Origin: an uncultured delta proteobacterium
Lineage (GTDB): Bacteria; Desulfobacterota; Binatia; HRBIN30; BPIQ01
DNA: 64,000 bases
NCBI GenBank assembly: GCA_963761335.1
Contig: CAVXGR010000018.1
Coordinates: 544,001-608,000 of the forward strand
Direction of reading: 5' to 3'
A model generated the notes under the pieces. It saw nothing but the letters and a program-made list of their open reading frames with translations, searched no databases and had not been told where the DNA came from. Positions 1-10,073 of the stretch are shown one piece after another; the first letter of the stretch is position 1; each line of letters begins with the position of its first letter. A program made the position numbers and the translations under genes.

Positions 1-1761
1 CCGGCGCAACGAGGAGCTCACCTTCTCGAAGCAATATCGGGCCGCCTACGCCTCGTGCGACACCGTGCTCATCGCCAACCGGGCGGACAAAATGTACCAG
101 ATGCGCGGCGGCGTGCGTATCGCCGACGCGCTCCAGGCGCGCAAGCATATCGTGACCACGGAGAATCCCCTGACGCAGCTGCTGATGGCGCAGCACGGGA
201 AGACCTGTCTGGTTGCCGAGCACGATGCGCAAGGCTGTGGCCGGGTGCCTCACGCGTATTTCCGAGGGAGGCTTCCACCCCGACGAGTCGCTCTACGAGG
301 AGGTTCGGCGGCTGACGGTAGAGACCAACAAGCTCTTCTGGATGATCCATGCGGCGGAGGATCCGCAAGTCCATCCGTCCGTCTTCGTGCGTTCCGGGCG
401 GCTCTTGCAGACGGCGCGCGGGTCCCTCTTCCCCCGCGGTAAGGCGCTCCTCGACGGTGAGCTTCACACGGTCTGGCACGAGAAGCGGCAAGGCGCGGGC
501 GCGCGCCGCGACGGGTCTGTGGCGAGCGTATCTCCGGCCGCCGATGCAGCGGCTGGAAATGCGCCGGGCGCCATCTGCTACGATCCCGAGCCGACGGAAT
601 GTGCAGAGATTCAGGCGCCGCATCCGCATGTCGTCTTCGTCCTGAACAAGGCCATTGGCATGCCGGTCAGCTGCCCGACCGAATCGGTCGAGGCGGGTGC
701 GGACGCCGAGCTGTACCTGCTCGATTACAATTACCTGGACTCGCGGAAGACCTCCGCATGCCTGGAGGCGTTGGCGCAGCTAGCCGCCGCGCAGCACCTC
801 GACTTTTCGAGGAAGACGCTGCTGCTCTCCATCAAGGGATTGCATCCGGGCGGCGCCCAGCTGATCGAGCTGGCGCGGCAGTTTCGCACCCACCACGTCT
901 TCTTCGAGCTGTGGAACGGGCTGCGCGAGGTGGCGGAGATCTGTGAGGCCGGTATCGACAATCTCTATTTTCTGCCGGTGAGCAGCCGAGTTCGGCAGCA
1001 CAGCTCTGCGCCGCTGCCGGCGCCACCGAACGGCCGCGTCTTCGTGTCCCTCGGCGGCGACGACGATCTCGACCTCATTCGCCAGGTGATCGCCCTCTGC
1101 CCGCAACTGCACTTCTGCGTCCCCGACATCTCCTGGACCAAGTCGGGCTCGGAGAAGGCCGTCTTCGACGTCGACATGCAGGCGGCCAACGTCACCCCCG
1201 TGGACTGCTCGACCATCGAGCCGCACGGGACCTATAGCATCGCTCTGCGCCCGCGGCGCAACGAGGATCTCACACTGTCGGAGCGATATCTCGCCGCCTA
1301 CGCGTCCTGCGACGTGGTGCTCATCGCCACCCGGGCCGACAAGATGTTCCACATGCGCGGCGGCGTTCGGATGGCGGATGCTCTCTACACGCGCAAGCAC
1401 ATCGTAGTTACGGAGAGCCCCTTGCTCCAGCTTATGATGGCGCAGCATGAGAAGACCTGTCTGGTTGCCGAGCACGATGCGCAGGCTGTCGCCGGGTACC
1501 TCACGCGCATCTGCGAGGGAGGCTTCCACGCCGACGAGTCGCCTCTACGAGGAGGTGCGGCGGCTGACGGTAGAGACCAACAAGCTCTTCTGGATGATCC
1601 ACGCGGCGCAGGATCCGCGCGCCTGCCGGGCGGTGTTCGCGCGGTCCGGTAGCTTCCTGCAGACGGCGAGGGAATCGCTCTTCTCGCGCGGCCGGGCACT
1701 GCTCGAGGGAGAGCTTCAGGCCGTCGGGCGGGAGAAGCAGGCACGAGCGCGCCGGCGATAG
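1..1761 (+). CDS. Partial (5' truncated) protein with a tandemly duplicated GT-B glycosyltransferase-like domain; two apparent +1 frameshifts (~231, ~1542)
   Basis: Frame from nt 2 reads RRNEELTFSKQYRAAYASCDTVLIANRADKMYQMRGGVRIADAL; a near-identical block recurs 1252 nt later. ORFs 65..442, 213..1652 and 1447..1761 join into one product if single extra bases are removed. Motifs such as RVFVSLGG and YLAAYASCDVVLI..GGVRMADAL..RKHIVVT resemble a GT-B C-terminal domain. Confidence 0.55.
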
Positions 1762-1794
1762 TCGAAGAGCTTCATCGTCACCGTCCGAGGATGG

Positions 1795-2850
1795 TCAGGA
1801 AGGGGAGCCGTGGTTGTCGATCTGCTTCAGCACGAGGTGTTCCATGACCGGTACCAGGGCACGATGGCCGGCGGCGTTGAAGTGGCAGCACGGATCGAGC
1901 CGCAGCTCGCGGTAGTCCTGGTCGACGAGCTCACGCTGCAGCGGATACACGGGAATGCCGTGGGCCTGCGCGAAGCCGACGATCGCCGTCTGCCAGTCGG
2001 GTAGCGTCGCGGCGGTCTCGGCAAACGGACGGTCGAGAGGCGGGGCGGGGTAGAGCACCAGCTTGGCGCCCGCGGAACGTGCCAGCTCCGGCACCTCCGG
2101 AAGATCCGTCTGGACGAATTCGGCTGACCCCTTGGCCCATCCAGGTGCGCGGGTGCCGAAGCCGAGTGTCAGGTACTCGTAGAGGCGTGAGTGGAGGAAG
2201 AGAAAACGGTTCAGCGAGTCGGGCACGGCGGCAAAGCCGACGAAGCCGTCGGGACGCACCGCCAGATCGCGGGTGCCATACGCCGCATCGCCGATCATCC
2301 GGTACCCCTGCCACTCTATCCAGTCCTCCCACATGATCAGTGCCGGCCGGTAGCGCGCTACCTCGACGCGTGCCACCGCGTACTTCTGCTGGAAGGCGAA
2401 GCCGGGCTGCGCGAAGTTGAGCACGCAGAAGCCGGGTGAGGGCCGCAGGGCATTGAGGCGGTCCTGCAGGGCGACGGTGAAGACTTGCCGTGCCTCCAGG
2501 CTGACGCCGTAGGTAATCGAGCTGCCGAAGAAGAGAATACGGATGCGTTCCGGATGCTGCTCGACGCAGCCGCGATTGTTCCTGTCGGTTGATTGCTCCC
2601 AGATCGGCACACCGTCCTGCAGATGGACACCGTAGCCACGGACGATCTGCATGGCAGGTTTCCAATAGCCGATTCGAATCCAGGTCTCGGCGATGGCAAA
2701 GCCGGCGAGCAGACCGAGGAGGATCAGTGCGAGCCCGAGCCCCCGCAGGTGGAGCCCGACGTGGGATACGGCTCTTCGGAGACTGGACGCGGATGAAGAG
2801 TGCTCGCTGGTCACGACGCGTGTCTGGTGAGATTGGGTTTCCAGTAGCAC
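1795..2850 (-). CDS. Membrane-anchored SGNH/GDSL hydrolase-like protein
   Basis: N-terminal TM helix; RILFFGSSITYG block I, VLNFAQPGF block II, C-terminal DPCCHFNAAGH. Confidence 0.7.
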   Translation of the reverse strand: MLLETQSHQTRVVTSEHSSSASSLRRAVSHVGLHLRGLGLALILLGLLAGFAIAETWIRIGYWKPAMQIVRGYGVHLQDGVPIWEQSTDRNNRGCVEQHPERIRILFFGSSITYGVSLEARQVFTVALQDRLNALRPSPGFCVLNFAQPGFAFQQKYAVARVEVARYRPALIMWEDWIEWQGYRMIGDAAYGTRDLAVRPDGFVGFAAVPDSLNRFLFLHSRLYEYLTLGFGTRAPGWAKGSAEFVQTDLPEVPELARSAGAKLVLYPAPPLDRPFAETAATLPDWQTAIVGFAQAHGIPVYPLQRELVDQDYRELRLDPCCHFNAAGHRALVPVMEHLVLKQIDNHGSPS

Positions 2851-3002
2851 CCTGCAGCCGGTCTGATCAACGCCCGGGGTCGAGACCTTTATTGAGGAGG
2901 TTGGGTGTGGTCGTCTTCCCCCCTGAGTACTGTCCTATTTTGGGGAATGCACCCCATTGACAACCACTGCCCGTCGATTTTCACGCCGCTGCGGGCGCGG
3001 GT

Positions 3003-3096
3003 TCCCTCTCCCGCATTGTTTCGCGGGAGAGGGACAGGGTGAGGGAAGAAGCCCCTCACCCTGACCCTCTCCCCGCCAAAAGAATGCGGGGAGAGG
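3003..3096. repeat. REP-like palindromic doublet (CCCTCTCCC...GGGAGAGGG / CCCTCACCCTGACCCTCTCCCC)
   Basis: Two inverted hairpin units; same family as 12250..12384. Confidence 0.75.
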
Positions 3097-3193
3097 AGAC
3101 CCTTGCGCGAAGCGGGCGGGAGACAATTGCAGAGTCGGACCGCCCCAAACTAGGACACGCCCCCCCTGCTTCTCCCTGGACATACTCGGAGGC

Positions 3194-3733
3194 GTGTGGC
3201 AGCTTCGTTCAGTGCTCCGGTTCAACGTCGATAGGGCGTCTGGCGTCACAGGGCACGGGCGTGGCAGCTGCGGTTTTTCACTGGGCGACGCTCTGCGCGT
3301 TGGCCTTCTGTGCGTACTCCTGATCGCCCCGGCGCTGGCGGCTGACAACGATCCGGTCGCCAATCCGGTAATTGCACCAGGACAGGAAGGGCTGCTGCTG
3401 GCGATGCTCGGGCAGGGAGCTTTGCTGCCGGGTGGATGCCGGCTCGCCGCCGGAGGAGTGGATCACTCGGTCGTCGACGCTTCTTATTTCTGCCCCTGGG
3501 GCGAGGTCGTTTTCGAGCTCGCGCATCCGGATGGCGCGGCGCCCGCGGTCATGCAGACAGAGTCCTTTGCGATCAGCCTGCAGAGCGGATCCGCGCCGGA
3601 GGCTCTGGTGGAAGCCGTGGCTGCCCTCGTTCACTCTCGAGAGTCGGAGTTCGTGTGGACATGGCCGGCGGGAGATGAGGCGGGCGATCTCGGGGATGAG
3701 GACGCGCCCCCGCCAGGCGATCCTCGGTGGTGA
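3194..3733 (+). CDS. Exported hypothetical protein (paralog of 3727..4389); start uncertain
   Basis: Signal-like segment VGLLCVLLIAPALAA; shares PVI.PGQE.LLLAMLG..A.LPGGC.L...CP.GEVV.EL.HP...FAI.LQSGS.P with the next ORF. Confidence 0.7.
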   Translation: MWQLRSVLRFNVDRASGVTGHGRGSCGFSLGDALRVGLLCVLLIAPALAADNDPVANPVIAPGQEGLLLAMLGQGALLPGGCRLAAGGVDHSVVDASYFCPWGEVVFELAHPDGAAPAVMQTESFAISLQSGSAPEALVEAVAALVHSRESEFVWTWPAGDEAGDLGDEDAPPPGDPRW

Positions 3734-4389
3734 GCTCCCCAGTCGGGGCCCCCAGCGCATCGGGCGGCTCCGCGTTGCGTCGCGGCGCGACCGCCGGCGC
3801 AGGCAGTATCCTCGCCGCGATCGGTAGCACTTGGCTGCGCGCCATGGCATTCGCTACCGCCTGCGCCTTTGTTCTGACGCCGGCGCGGGCAGCGGAGACG
3901 CCGACTCCGAGCCCGGAGATCTCGGTCTCCCCGGCGTCGGAGCAGGCGACCAAAGGCGCCAGAGCGCCCACCATGATACCCGACCAGCCGGTGATCCCCC
4001 CGGGGCAGGAGGATCTGCTGCTGGCCATGCTCGGCAGGGACGCGACTCTGCCCGGCGGCTGCAAGCTCACCGGCGGCCAGGTGGCGTACGCGGTGGTGCG
4101 CGCCACCTACGGGTGCCCGGGCGGCGAGGTGGTCCTGGAACTCGTGCACCCGAGCAAGGCTCCCCCCGAGGCGACTCGGACGGCGCGCTTCGCCATCACC
4201 CTGCAGAGCGGGTCGCCCCCGGCCGGTTTGACGGATGCGGTGGCGGACCTGGTGCGCTCGCGAGAGGCAGCCTTCCGTTGGAACGAGCCGCCATCATCCC
4301 GGTGGAGCACCTCGTCGATCGCCATGATGGTTGTCGCCGTTCTCGGACTTGCTGCCGTCGGCTGGGCGCTGCGGCGCCGCCGCTCGTGA
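3727..4389 (+). CDS. Exported, C-terminally anchored hypothetical protein (paralog of 3194..3733)
   Basis: Signal-like AxA segment, the shared domain, C-terminal TM helix followed by RRRRS; GTGA overlap with the next gene. Confidence 0.7.
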   Translation: MVSSPVGAPSASGGSALRRGATAGAGSILAAIGSTWLRAMAFATACAFVLTPARAAETPTPSPEISVSPASEQATKGARAPTMIPDQPVIPPGQEDLLLAMLGRDATLPGGCKLTGGQVAYAVVRATYGCPGGEVVLELVHPSKAPPEATRTARFAITLQSGSPPAGLTDAVADLVRSREAAFRWNEPPSSRWSTSSIAMMVVAVLGLAAVGWALRRRRS

Positions 4390-6092
4390 GGCCACGTTCG
4401 AACACGCTTCTCGTCTGGACCGGGGCGCCGTGCAGCTATGGCTGCGGCGCCTGTCCGATCGACACCGCCGCTTCCACCGCCGGCTTCGAGCCGGCCGATC
4501 TGCAGCGCGCCCTCGCCAGTACCGCAGTGGGTGCGCAGCGGCTGGCGGTTCTGGTCGGCGGGGAGCCGTTCCTGCGGCGGGACGTCTTCGGCCTCCTCGC
4601 CGGCGTGCGCGCCGCCGGCTGGACACCGGGAATGATCACCACGGGCCGGGCGCTGTTGTACCCACAGGTACGCCAGCGGCTGCGGCGCGCCGGCCTCGCC
4701 TACCTGCGCCTGCAGCTCTTCGGCATTGCTGCGGCCCACGATCGCGCCGTCGGTGTCGCCGGCGCCTACGAGCAGGCGCTCGCGGCGGTGCGGGCGTGGC
4801 TGGAGGAGGCCGGTGCCGAGTGCGACGTGGACGTGGCGCTGTCGATGCGCGGCCGCGCCATCGAGGCGGCAGCCGCCGAGGTCGACATCCTGTCGCGACA
4901 GATCTCCTCATCGGAGGTACAGATCGTGGTCGCCGTCGATGGCGGCGCCGCGCCGCAGGATCTCGATTCCATGCGCCGTGCGCTCGCCGTCCTGGCGGGC
5001 TGGAACGAGGACCCGAGGCGACCGCTGCTCTCCTGGGAAGGACTTCCGGAAAGCGTCTCTTCCGCCTGTGGCCTGGCGGTCTCGCCTCTGCGGCCGGGGT
5101 TCTTGGCCCGGGCGCCGCAGGCCTGTTGCATCGGTGCGGTGCCGGCGATTGCGGAAGCTGCCGCCGCCCGCCCGCCGGAGCCGCGGGCGAACTCCTTCAA
5201 CTTCATCCGCACCGCGACCTCGGTTCCGTGGACTGCCGACCCCGCTGCGTGCACCGCCCACGCCGCCGCCGCCGGCGACACCGGCCGGCAGCTCTGGCTC
5301 GTCGAGGATGGGCTTCTTCATCTGTACGTCACCGACACCGGCGACTTCGAAATTGCCGAGATCGGTCGCGTCAAGGACGAGTGGAGCCATCTCTTCGTCG
5401 ACTGTGCTGAGCCCGGAGTTCTCGACGACTTTGTCGGAGGGATGCGCCGAGTGCGTCCCGAGGCGACCTGCGAGGCGTGTGCGAACCGCGAGCGCTGCGG
5501 GCGCCGCTTCGCCGTCGTCGAGGGCCCGCCGTTTGCGCGCGAGGAGGCGTGGATCGCGGCGCACGTCGCCGGCGTGCGGGGGCGAGTGCTGGACGTCGGC
5601 TGCGGCGAGCAGCTCTACCGCGAGCAGCTGGCGCCGCTGCTGCGCTCCGGAGCCGTCGACTACCACGGTCTCGACCCCGACGAGCCCAGCCTCGCCGCGG
5701 CGCGCGCGGCGCTTCCCGAAGGCCACTACTATCTGGGTGGCATCGAGGAGTTCCGCGGCGGCTCGGAGCGTTTCGATCACATTCTCTGCCTGCGCTCGCT
5801 CAATCACGTCCTCGATCTCGACGAGGCGCTGGCGCGCATGGCCGAGATGCTCGGGCCCGGTGGCACGCTGCTTCTGGTGGAGACCACGCCGTTCGCCATG
5901 CTGCGCCGCGCCGAGCAGGTGACCGCCGCGGACCGCGCCCCGCGCGCCGGGCATCAGCACTTTCGCAACCTCACCAGCGCCGAGGTCCTGCCGCTGGCGA
6001 GGCGCCGGCGTCTGGAGATCCTCCACCACCATCCGGTCGGTCGGGAAGCCACGAATGAATGGATTCTGCTGCTCGCCAAGCCCCGGCGTTGA
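4386..6092 (+). CDS. Radical SAM protein fused to a C-terminal class I SAM methyltransferase
   Basis: CSYGCGAC (Cx3Cx2C), VGGEPF, ITTG, HDRAVGVAGAY; CEACANRERC; RVLDVGCGE and FDHILCLRSLNHV. Start GTG overlaps the upstream stop. Confidence 0.8.
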   Translation: MRPRSNTLLVWTGAPCSYGCGACPIDTAASTAGFEPADLQRALASTAVGAQRLAVLVGGEPFLRRDVFGLLAGVRAAGWTPGMITTGRALLYPQVRQRLRRAGLAYLRLQLFGIAAAHDRAVGVAGAYEQALAAVRAWLEEAGAECDVDVALSMRGRAIEAAAAEVDILSRQISSSEVQIVVAVDGGAAPQDLDSMRRALAVLAGWNEDPRRPLLSWEGLPESVSSACGLAVSPLRPGFLARAPQACCIGAVPAIAEAAAARPPEPRANSFNFIRTATSVPWTADPAACTAHAAAAGDTGRQLWLVEDGLLHLYVTDTGDFEIAEIGRVKDEWSHLFVDCAEPGVLDDFVGGMRRVRPEATCEACANRERCGRRFAVVEGPPFAREEAWIAAHVAGVRGRVLDVGCGEQLYREQLAPLLRSGAVDYHGLDPDEPSLAAARAALPEGHYYLGGIEEFRGGSERFDHILCLRSLNHVLDLDEALARMAEMLGPGGTLLLVETTPFAMLRRAEQVTAADRAPRAGHQHFRNLTSAEVLPLARRRRLEILHHHPVGREATNEWILLLAKPRR

Positions 6093-6093
6093 A

Positions 6094-6212
6094 GGGGCCG
6101 TCTCAAGACTGAAGTAGAAGCGCCGTCCCGGCGCTTCCCGAAGCGGCGAGACGCCGCTTCTACTTGGCCCGCGAGCTGGCGGAAGTCGTCTTGCAAGGGT
6201 TGAGACAGCCTC
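6094..6212. mobile_element. Short MITE/REPIN-like element with imperfect GAGGCTGTCTCAA termini
   Basis: ggggccgtctcaa...ttgagacagcctc termini, matching those of 9602..9902; internal GTAGAAGCG...CGCTTCTAC hairpin. Confidence 0.5.
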
Positions 6213-6267
6213 CTCGAAGGGGTCCCGGCTTGACGGCGAGATTCCCGGGCTCCATGGTGATCCGAGC

Positions 6268-6549
6268 ATGGCGCTTGTCGACCCCACTGCCTTCGATGGC
6301 AAGCCGGTCACTCTCGTCTACATCGCCGGCCGCCTGAGCGAGGCGAAGCATGTCGAGGAGGTCCTCTCCGCGAACGGCGTCGACTACGCCGTCGACATCG
6401 AGCCGTTCCAGAGCCGTCTGCTCGGCATTCTCCCGGTGGAGTACGAGGGAGTCGGCTTCTACGTGCTTCCGCCCCAGGCCGAGCTCTGCCGTCGCGTCCT
6501 GCGCGAAGCGAAGCTGCTGCAGGGGTTGGTGGAGGAGGATCTCCAATAG
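6268..6549 (+). CDS. Small hypothetical protein (DUF2007-like)
   Basis: 93 aa; EAKHVEEVLSANGVDY pattern; GC3-rich codons. Confidence 0.6.
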   Translation: MALVDPTAFDGKPVTLVYIAGRLSEAKHVEEVLSANGVDYAVDIEPFQSRLLGILPVEYEGVGFYVLPPQAELCRRVLREAKLLQGLVEEDLQ

Positions 6550-6564
6550 CACCGAGACTATTCG

Positions 6565-8280
6565 TCAGTCCGCCTTGTCGCGGAAGAGCTCGGCAGTATT
6601 CTTCTGGGCCGGGGCGCTGAACGACGCCTCCCAGCACACCGGGGGGACGGCGTCGTTGACGAGCTGGACGCGGACGCGGCTGTCCTGGTTGAACATCTCG
6701 AAGCCGGCCGGCGGCGGCAGGACCAGGCGGGGCCCCTTCGCCTTCACGAGGATGTGCGCTCTGCCCCCGGTTCCCTCCTTGAGGAGGATCTTGAACAGCC
6801 CGTCGGGAGTCACCAGGCTGTCGGAATAGCGGAACCCGCCGTGCACCTCCTTCCAGCAGGGCTTGTTGTTGCAGCTGCCCCCGGCGGGAGCCCGAGCGCT
6901 GAGCACCAGGGCCGGAACGCTACCGGTCTCGTCGTAGACGCACAGCGAGTAGTTGGTGTCGGCGACCGGATTGCCGAAGTCGAGCGCCGTCGTGTCGGCT
7001 CCCTTGATCCATTTCCAGGTGAGCCGATCCCGGAACTGGTCCGGCTTGTTCTTGACGATCAGTCGCGCCTTCTGGGAGACGATCGGGGTACGGCAGCCGC
7101 TGATCGGCGCCGCCTGACACAGCGAGATCGGCGTCGGCGTCGGCGACGGCGAGGGGGTCGGCAGCGGCGGTCCGCATGTTCCGGCACCGGTGCAAGCGCC
7201 GGTGCCGCCCGCGCAGGAGGTGCCCACCGACTTGTTCGGGTGCGTGCAGTCGGTGGAGACGCCGTCGCAGACGTCATCGGTGCACTCGTTGCCGTCGTCC
7301 GCGCAGCCGAAGCCCGCGCTCGAGATGATGTCGGCCGGGCACTGGCCGCCGGCGCCGTCACAGGTCTCGACCGGGTCACAGGCTCCCGCCGAGGCGCGAC
7401 ACTCGGTGTTCGCCGGCAGGAGCTGGCAGGTCGGGGAGCAGCAGCTGCCGGCGGTGCCGTTGGCGCTGCCCTGGTCGCACTGCTCGCCCGCGTCGATGGT
7501 GCCGTTGCCGCAGAGGCACTCGAGCGTCGCGGTGACGATGTGGCCGTCGTCGGTCGCCGTACGCGAGCCCACGCCGGGATAGTCGTCGGCGCTGATCCCG
7601 TCCGTCGGACAACCGGACCAGTCGTTGACGTCAAGGCCGAGGCGCACGGCGCATTCCATGCCGCAGGTGAAGGCGGTGGCATTGCTGGCGCAGCTGCCGG
7701 TCCAGTTGAAGGTCAGCGAGTGCGACTGCGGCGAGCCGCTGCTCGTTCCGGTGATCACCGCGCTCTCGCTGCGGTCGATGGTCACGTATTGGTTTCCTCC
7801 GGCGCCGCTGAGGCCGCCCGGATCGGTGATGCTCAGGTTGCCGGAGAGAGCGCCGCCGCTCTGCGCGCCGGTGATCGGGCTGAGATCGGACGACGCCGTA
7901 CCGGCCACGCCGCAGCCCGAGGAGTCGTCCACATGCGTGAAGGCGCCCCTGAGGTTGGTATCGACGGTGATCCGGTAGCCTCCCGGAGGGCAGATGACGT
8001 CGAAGCTGAGCGTGTAGCTGCTGATCAGAGAGGTGCTGATGGGGGTGGTCAGGCGGGCGTCGGCAGCAATCAGCTCGGCGAAGCGCGTGGTGAACGAGTC
8101 GGCGGTCTGCGACACGACGCCGAGGGTCGTACGGGTTTGCGTGCAGCTCGGACAGCAGCCGCTGCTGGTTCCGCCGCCGCTGTTGTTGGTGAGCGTCAGC
8201 CCGGAGATGCTGCCGTTCGCCTGCGTGCTCGCAGGCGCGGCGACGGCGATGATGAGCAGAAGCGTGTACAGGCGATTCAT
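6565..8280 (-). CDS. Secreted protein with Cys-rich (DUF4215/disintegrin-like) repeats, PT linker and conserved C-terminal domain
   Basis: Signal peptide; CGNGTIDAGEQCDQG; CRASAGACDPVETCDG; C-terminal domain shared with 43271..45325. Confidence 0.8.
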   Translation of the reverse strand: MNRLYTLLLIIAVAAPASTQANGSISGLTLTNNSGGGTSSGCCPSCTQTRTTLGVVSQTADSFTTRFAELIAADARLTTPISTSLISSYTLSFDVICPPGGYRITVDTNLRGAFTHVDDSSGCGVAGTASSDLSPITGAQSGGALSGNLSITDPGGLSGAGGNQYVTIDRSESAVITGTSSGSPQSHSLTFNWTGSCASNATAFTCGMECAVRLGLDVNDWSGCPTDGISADDYPGVGSRTATDDGHIVTATLECLCGNGTIDAGEQCDQGSANGTAGSCCSPTCQLLPANTECRASAGACDPVETCDGAGGQCPADIISSAGFGCADDGNECTDDVCDGVSTDCTHPNKSVGTSCAGGTGACTGAGTCGPPLPTPSPSPTPTPISLCQAAPISGCRTPIVSQKARLIVKNKPDQFRDRLTWKWIKGADTTALDFGNPVADTNYSLCVYDETGSVPALVLSARAPAGGSCNNKPCWKEVHGGFRYSDSLVTPDGLFKILLKEGTGGRAHILVKAKGPRLVLPPPAGFEMFNQDSRVRVQLVNDAVPPVCWEASFSAPAQKNTAELFRDKAD

Positions 8281-8569
8281 TTGCCAATCCCCCCCGAGGA
8301 GCGACGAGCGATCCGCTCTATCTTGTGGCCAGGTGTGAACGATTGTTAACCCAACTCTCGTACCATGAGCGGGCGCCTACTGACAACGACGAAATCTCGG
8401 CGGCACCGCAGGCATTCTTCATTCTCATTCCCGGTTCTCATCCGTCGTTTTCCATTGTCTGCGAGTGCCTGAATCAGCAGCTGCGGGTTGGCGACTCCGG
8501 CTGCAGAACGAATGGAAAACGACAAGAGAGGAATGAGAACCGGGAAGGCGGCGGTCCCCACCCCGCAGC

Positions 8570-9544
8570 TCAGCGGGTGCGCAGGATGTTGGCGATCGGC
8601 TCCCAGCGAAGCGAGGCGGCGTAGTTGAACTCGACGCGCGAGGCGCCCCAGCACTGCTCGCAGCCGGTGCCGGCGGTGCGCGCCAGCGCCTCCTCCAAGC
8701 CGTGGGTGCGAACGTTGAACACCTCGCGGGGGCGCTCGACGTCGGTGCAGGCGAGCACGTCGCCGTTGGCCTGAATGCGGAAGTAGAGCCTTCCCGCTTG
8801 GCAGGGAATGGCGTGGGTATCGGGAAAGGCGGCGAGGTGCTCGAGCGCCGTGCGCGAGCTGATGAGGTGGGGATTGCGCCGCTTCTCCTCGATCAGTCGC
8901 CCCATGATGCGCCGGTACTCGTCGGCCGGCGGGGTGATCGGATCGGGAAGCTGTGAGCCGAGCCGCTCGAGGCGCGCCGGCTGGAAGGTGATCTGCACGT
9001 CGTGGCGCGCCGCGGTTTCGAGCAACCAGTCGACGGCGCCGAGGTTGCGGGCCGAGAGGACCGCGGTGAGCGCCACCTTGATCCCGTGCGCGCGCGCCGT
9101 GCGCAGCGCCTCCATCACCTGGCGATGTGAGCCGCGCCCGCGGGCCGCATCGTGGACGGCTTCGTCGCCGTCCAGGCTCAGCGTCAGCGTCGACACGCGG
9201 CGCAGGAGATCGATCTTCTCGGGCACGAAGGTGCCGTTGGTGTTGAGCGAATGGATGAAGCCGAGATCGGCGGTGTGCGCCAGTATCTCGCCGATGTCCT
9301 CGCGCAGCAGGGGTTCGCCACCGGTGTAGTTCAGGTACACCGTGCCGGCTCTCTTGAGCCCGTCGAGTGTCGAGATGACCTCCGCGGTGGTCATCTCGTC
9401 GGTGCGCACCAGCGGGATGTAGCAGTACTGGCAGCGCAGATTGCAGCGGTTGAGCAGCCGAAAGCTCACCACCAGCGGCACCCGCCGCCCCATCCCGGCG
9501 CGCGCCACCGCGCCTGCACATCCAATCGCCTGACCGAGCTTCAT
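8570..9544 (-). CDS. Radical SAM protein with SPASM/twitch-like C-terminus
   Basis: RCNLRCQYC, TGGEPLLR, NTNG, SLDG; CQAG...GDVLAC...CEQC. Confidence 0.9.
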   Translation of the reverse strand: MKLGQAIGCAGAVARAGMGRRVPLVVSFRLLNRCNLRCQYCYIPLVRTDEMTTAEVISTLDGLKRAGTVYLNYTGGEPLLREDIGEILAHTADLGFIHSLNTNGTFVPEKIDLLRRVSTLTLSLDGDEAVHDAARGRGSHRQVMEALRTARAHGIKVALTAVLSARNLGAVDWLLETAARHDVQITFQPARLERLGSQLPDPITPPADEYRRIMGRLIEEKRRNPHLISSRTALEHLAAFPDTHAIPCQAGRLYFRIQANGDVLACTDVERPREVFNVRTHGLEEALARTAGTGCEQCWGASRVEFNYAASLRWEPIANILRTR

Positions 9545-9601
9545 GGATGTGGCCCGTTCATCGGCGCGCTGTAGAGCGGGAACGCGTCGCCCCGGGTGCC
9601 A

Positions 9602-9902
9602 GAGGCTGTCTCAAAACTGTGCCCGCGCCCCTGGCGGGGCGCAGCGGGTAGTGCCGGCGTTGTTCCCCGGGTTGCACCCGGGCTACATGCCCGCGCCGCT
9701 CCGCGGCGCGATCCGTGAGGAGCCTGGCCGCTCCTCTCCGGCTGAACCCGGCTTCCCCGGGATTGCACCCGCGGCCCAGGGCTTGGACATGGTTCGCCCC
9801 GGAGGGGCGCAGGCGTGTAGCCCCGGGTCGAAGACCCGGGGATCCCGAAGCCAGCCCCGTGGCGCCCCGCCAGGGGCGCGGGCACGGTTTTGAGACAGCC
9901 TC
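9602..9902. mobile_element. MITE-like element with 41-bp terminal inverted repeats and internal REP-like hairpins
   Basis: 9602-9642 gaggctgtctcaaaactgtgcccgcgcccctggcggggcgc matches the reverse complement of 9862-9902 with 1 mismatch; internal GTAGCCC(C)GGG...CCCGGG palindromes; no transposase. Confidence 0.75.
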
Positions 9903-10073
9903 AGAAAGCTGGGGAACTGCCATGCCGTTCTTGATGCCGCGCCCCGCGGGGCGCGGGCGCGTCCGAACACACGGCGCTGCGGCGATATACCCGTCGGTGA
10001 GGGGTCAATTGCATGCTCCGAGCTCGAGGATACGTCATCACGACCGCGGACGGGAGCGGAAACTGGCGCCTGC

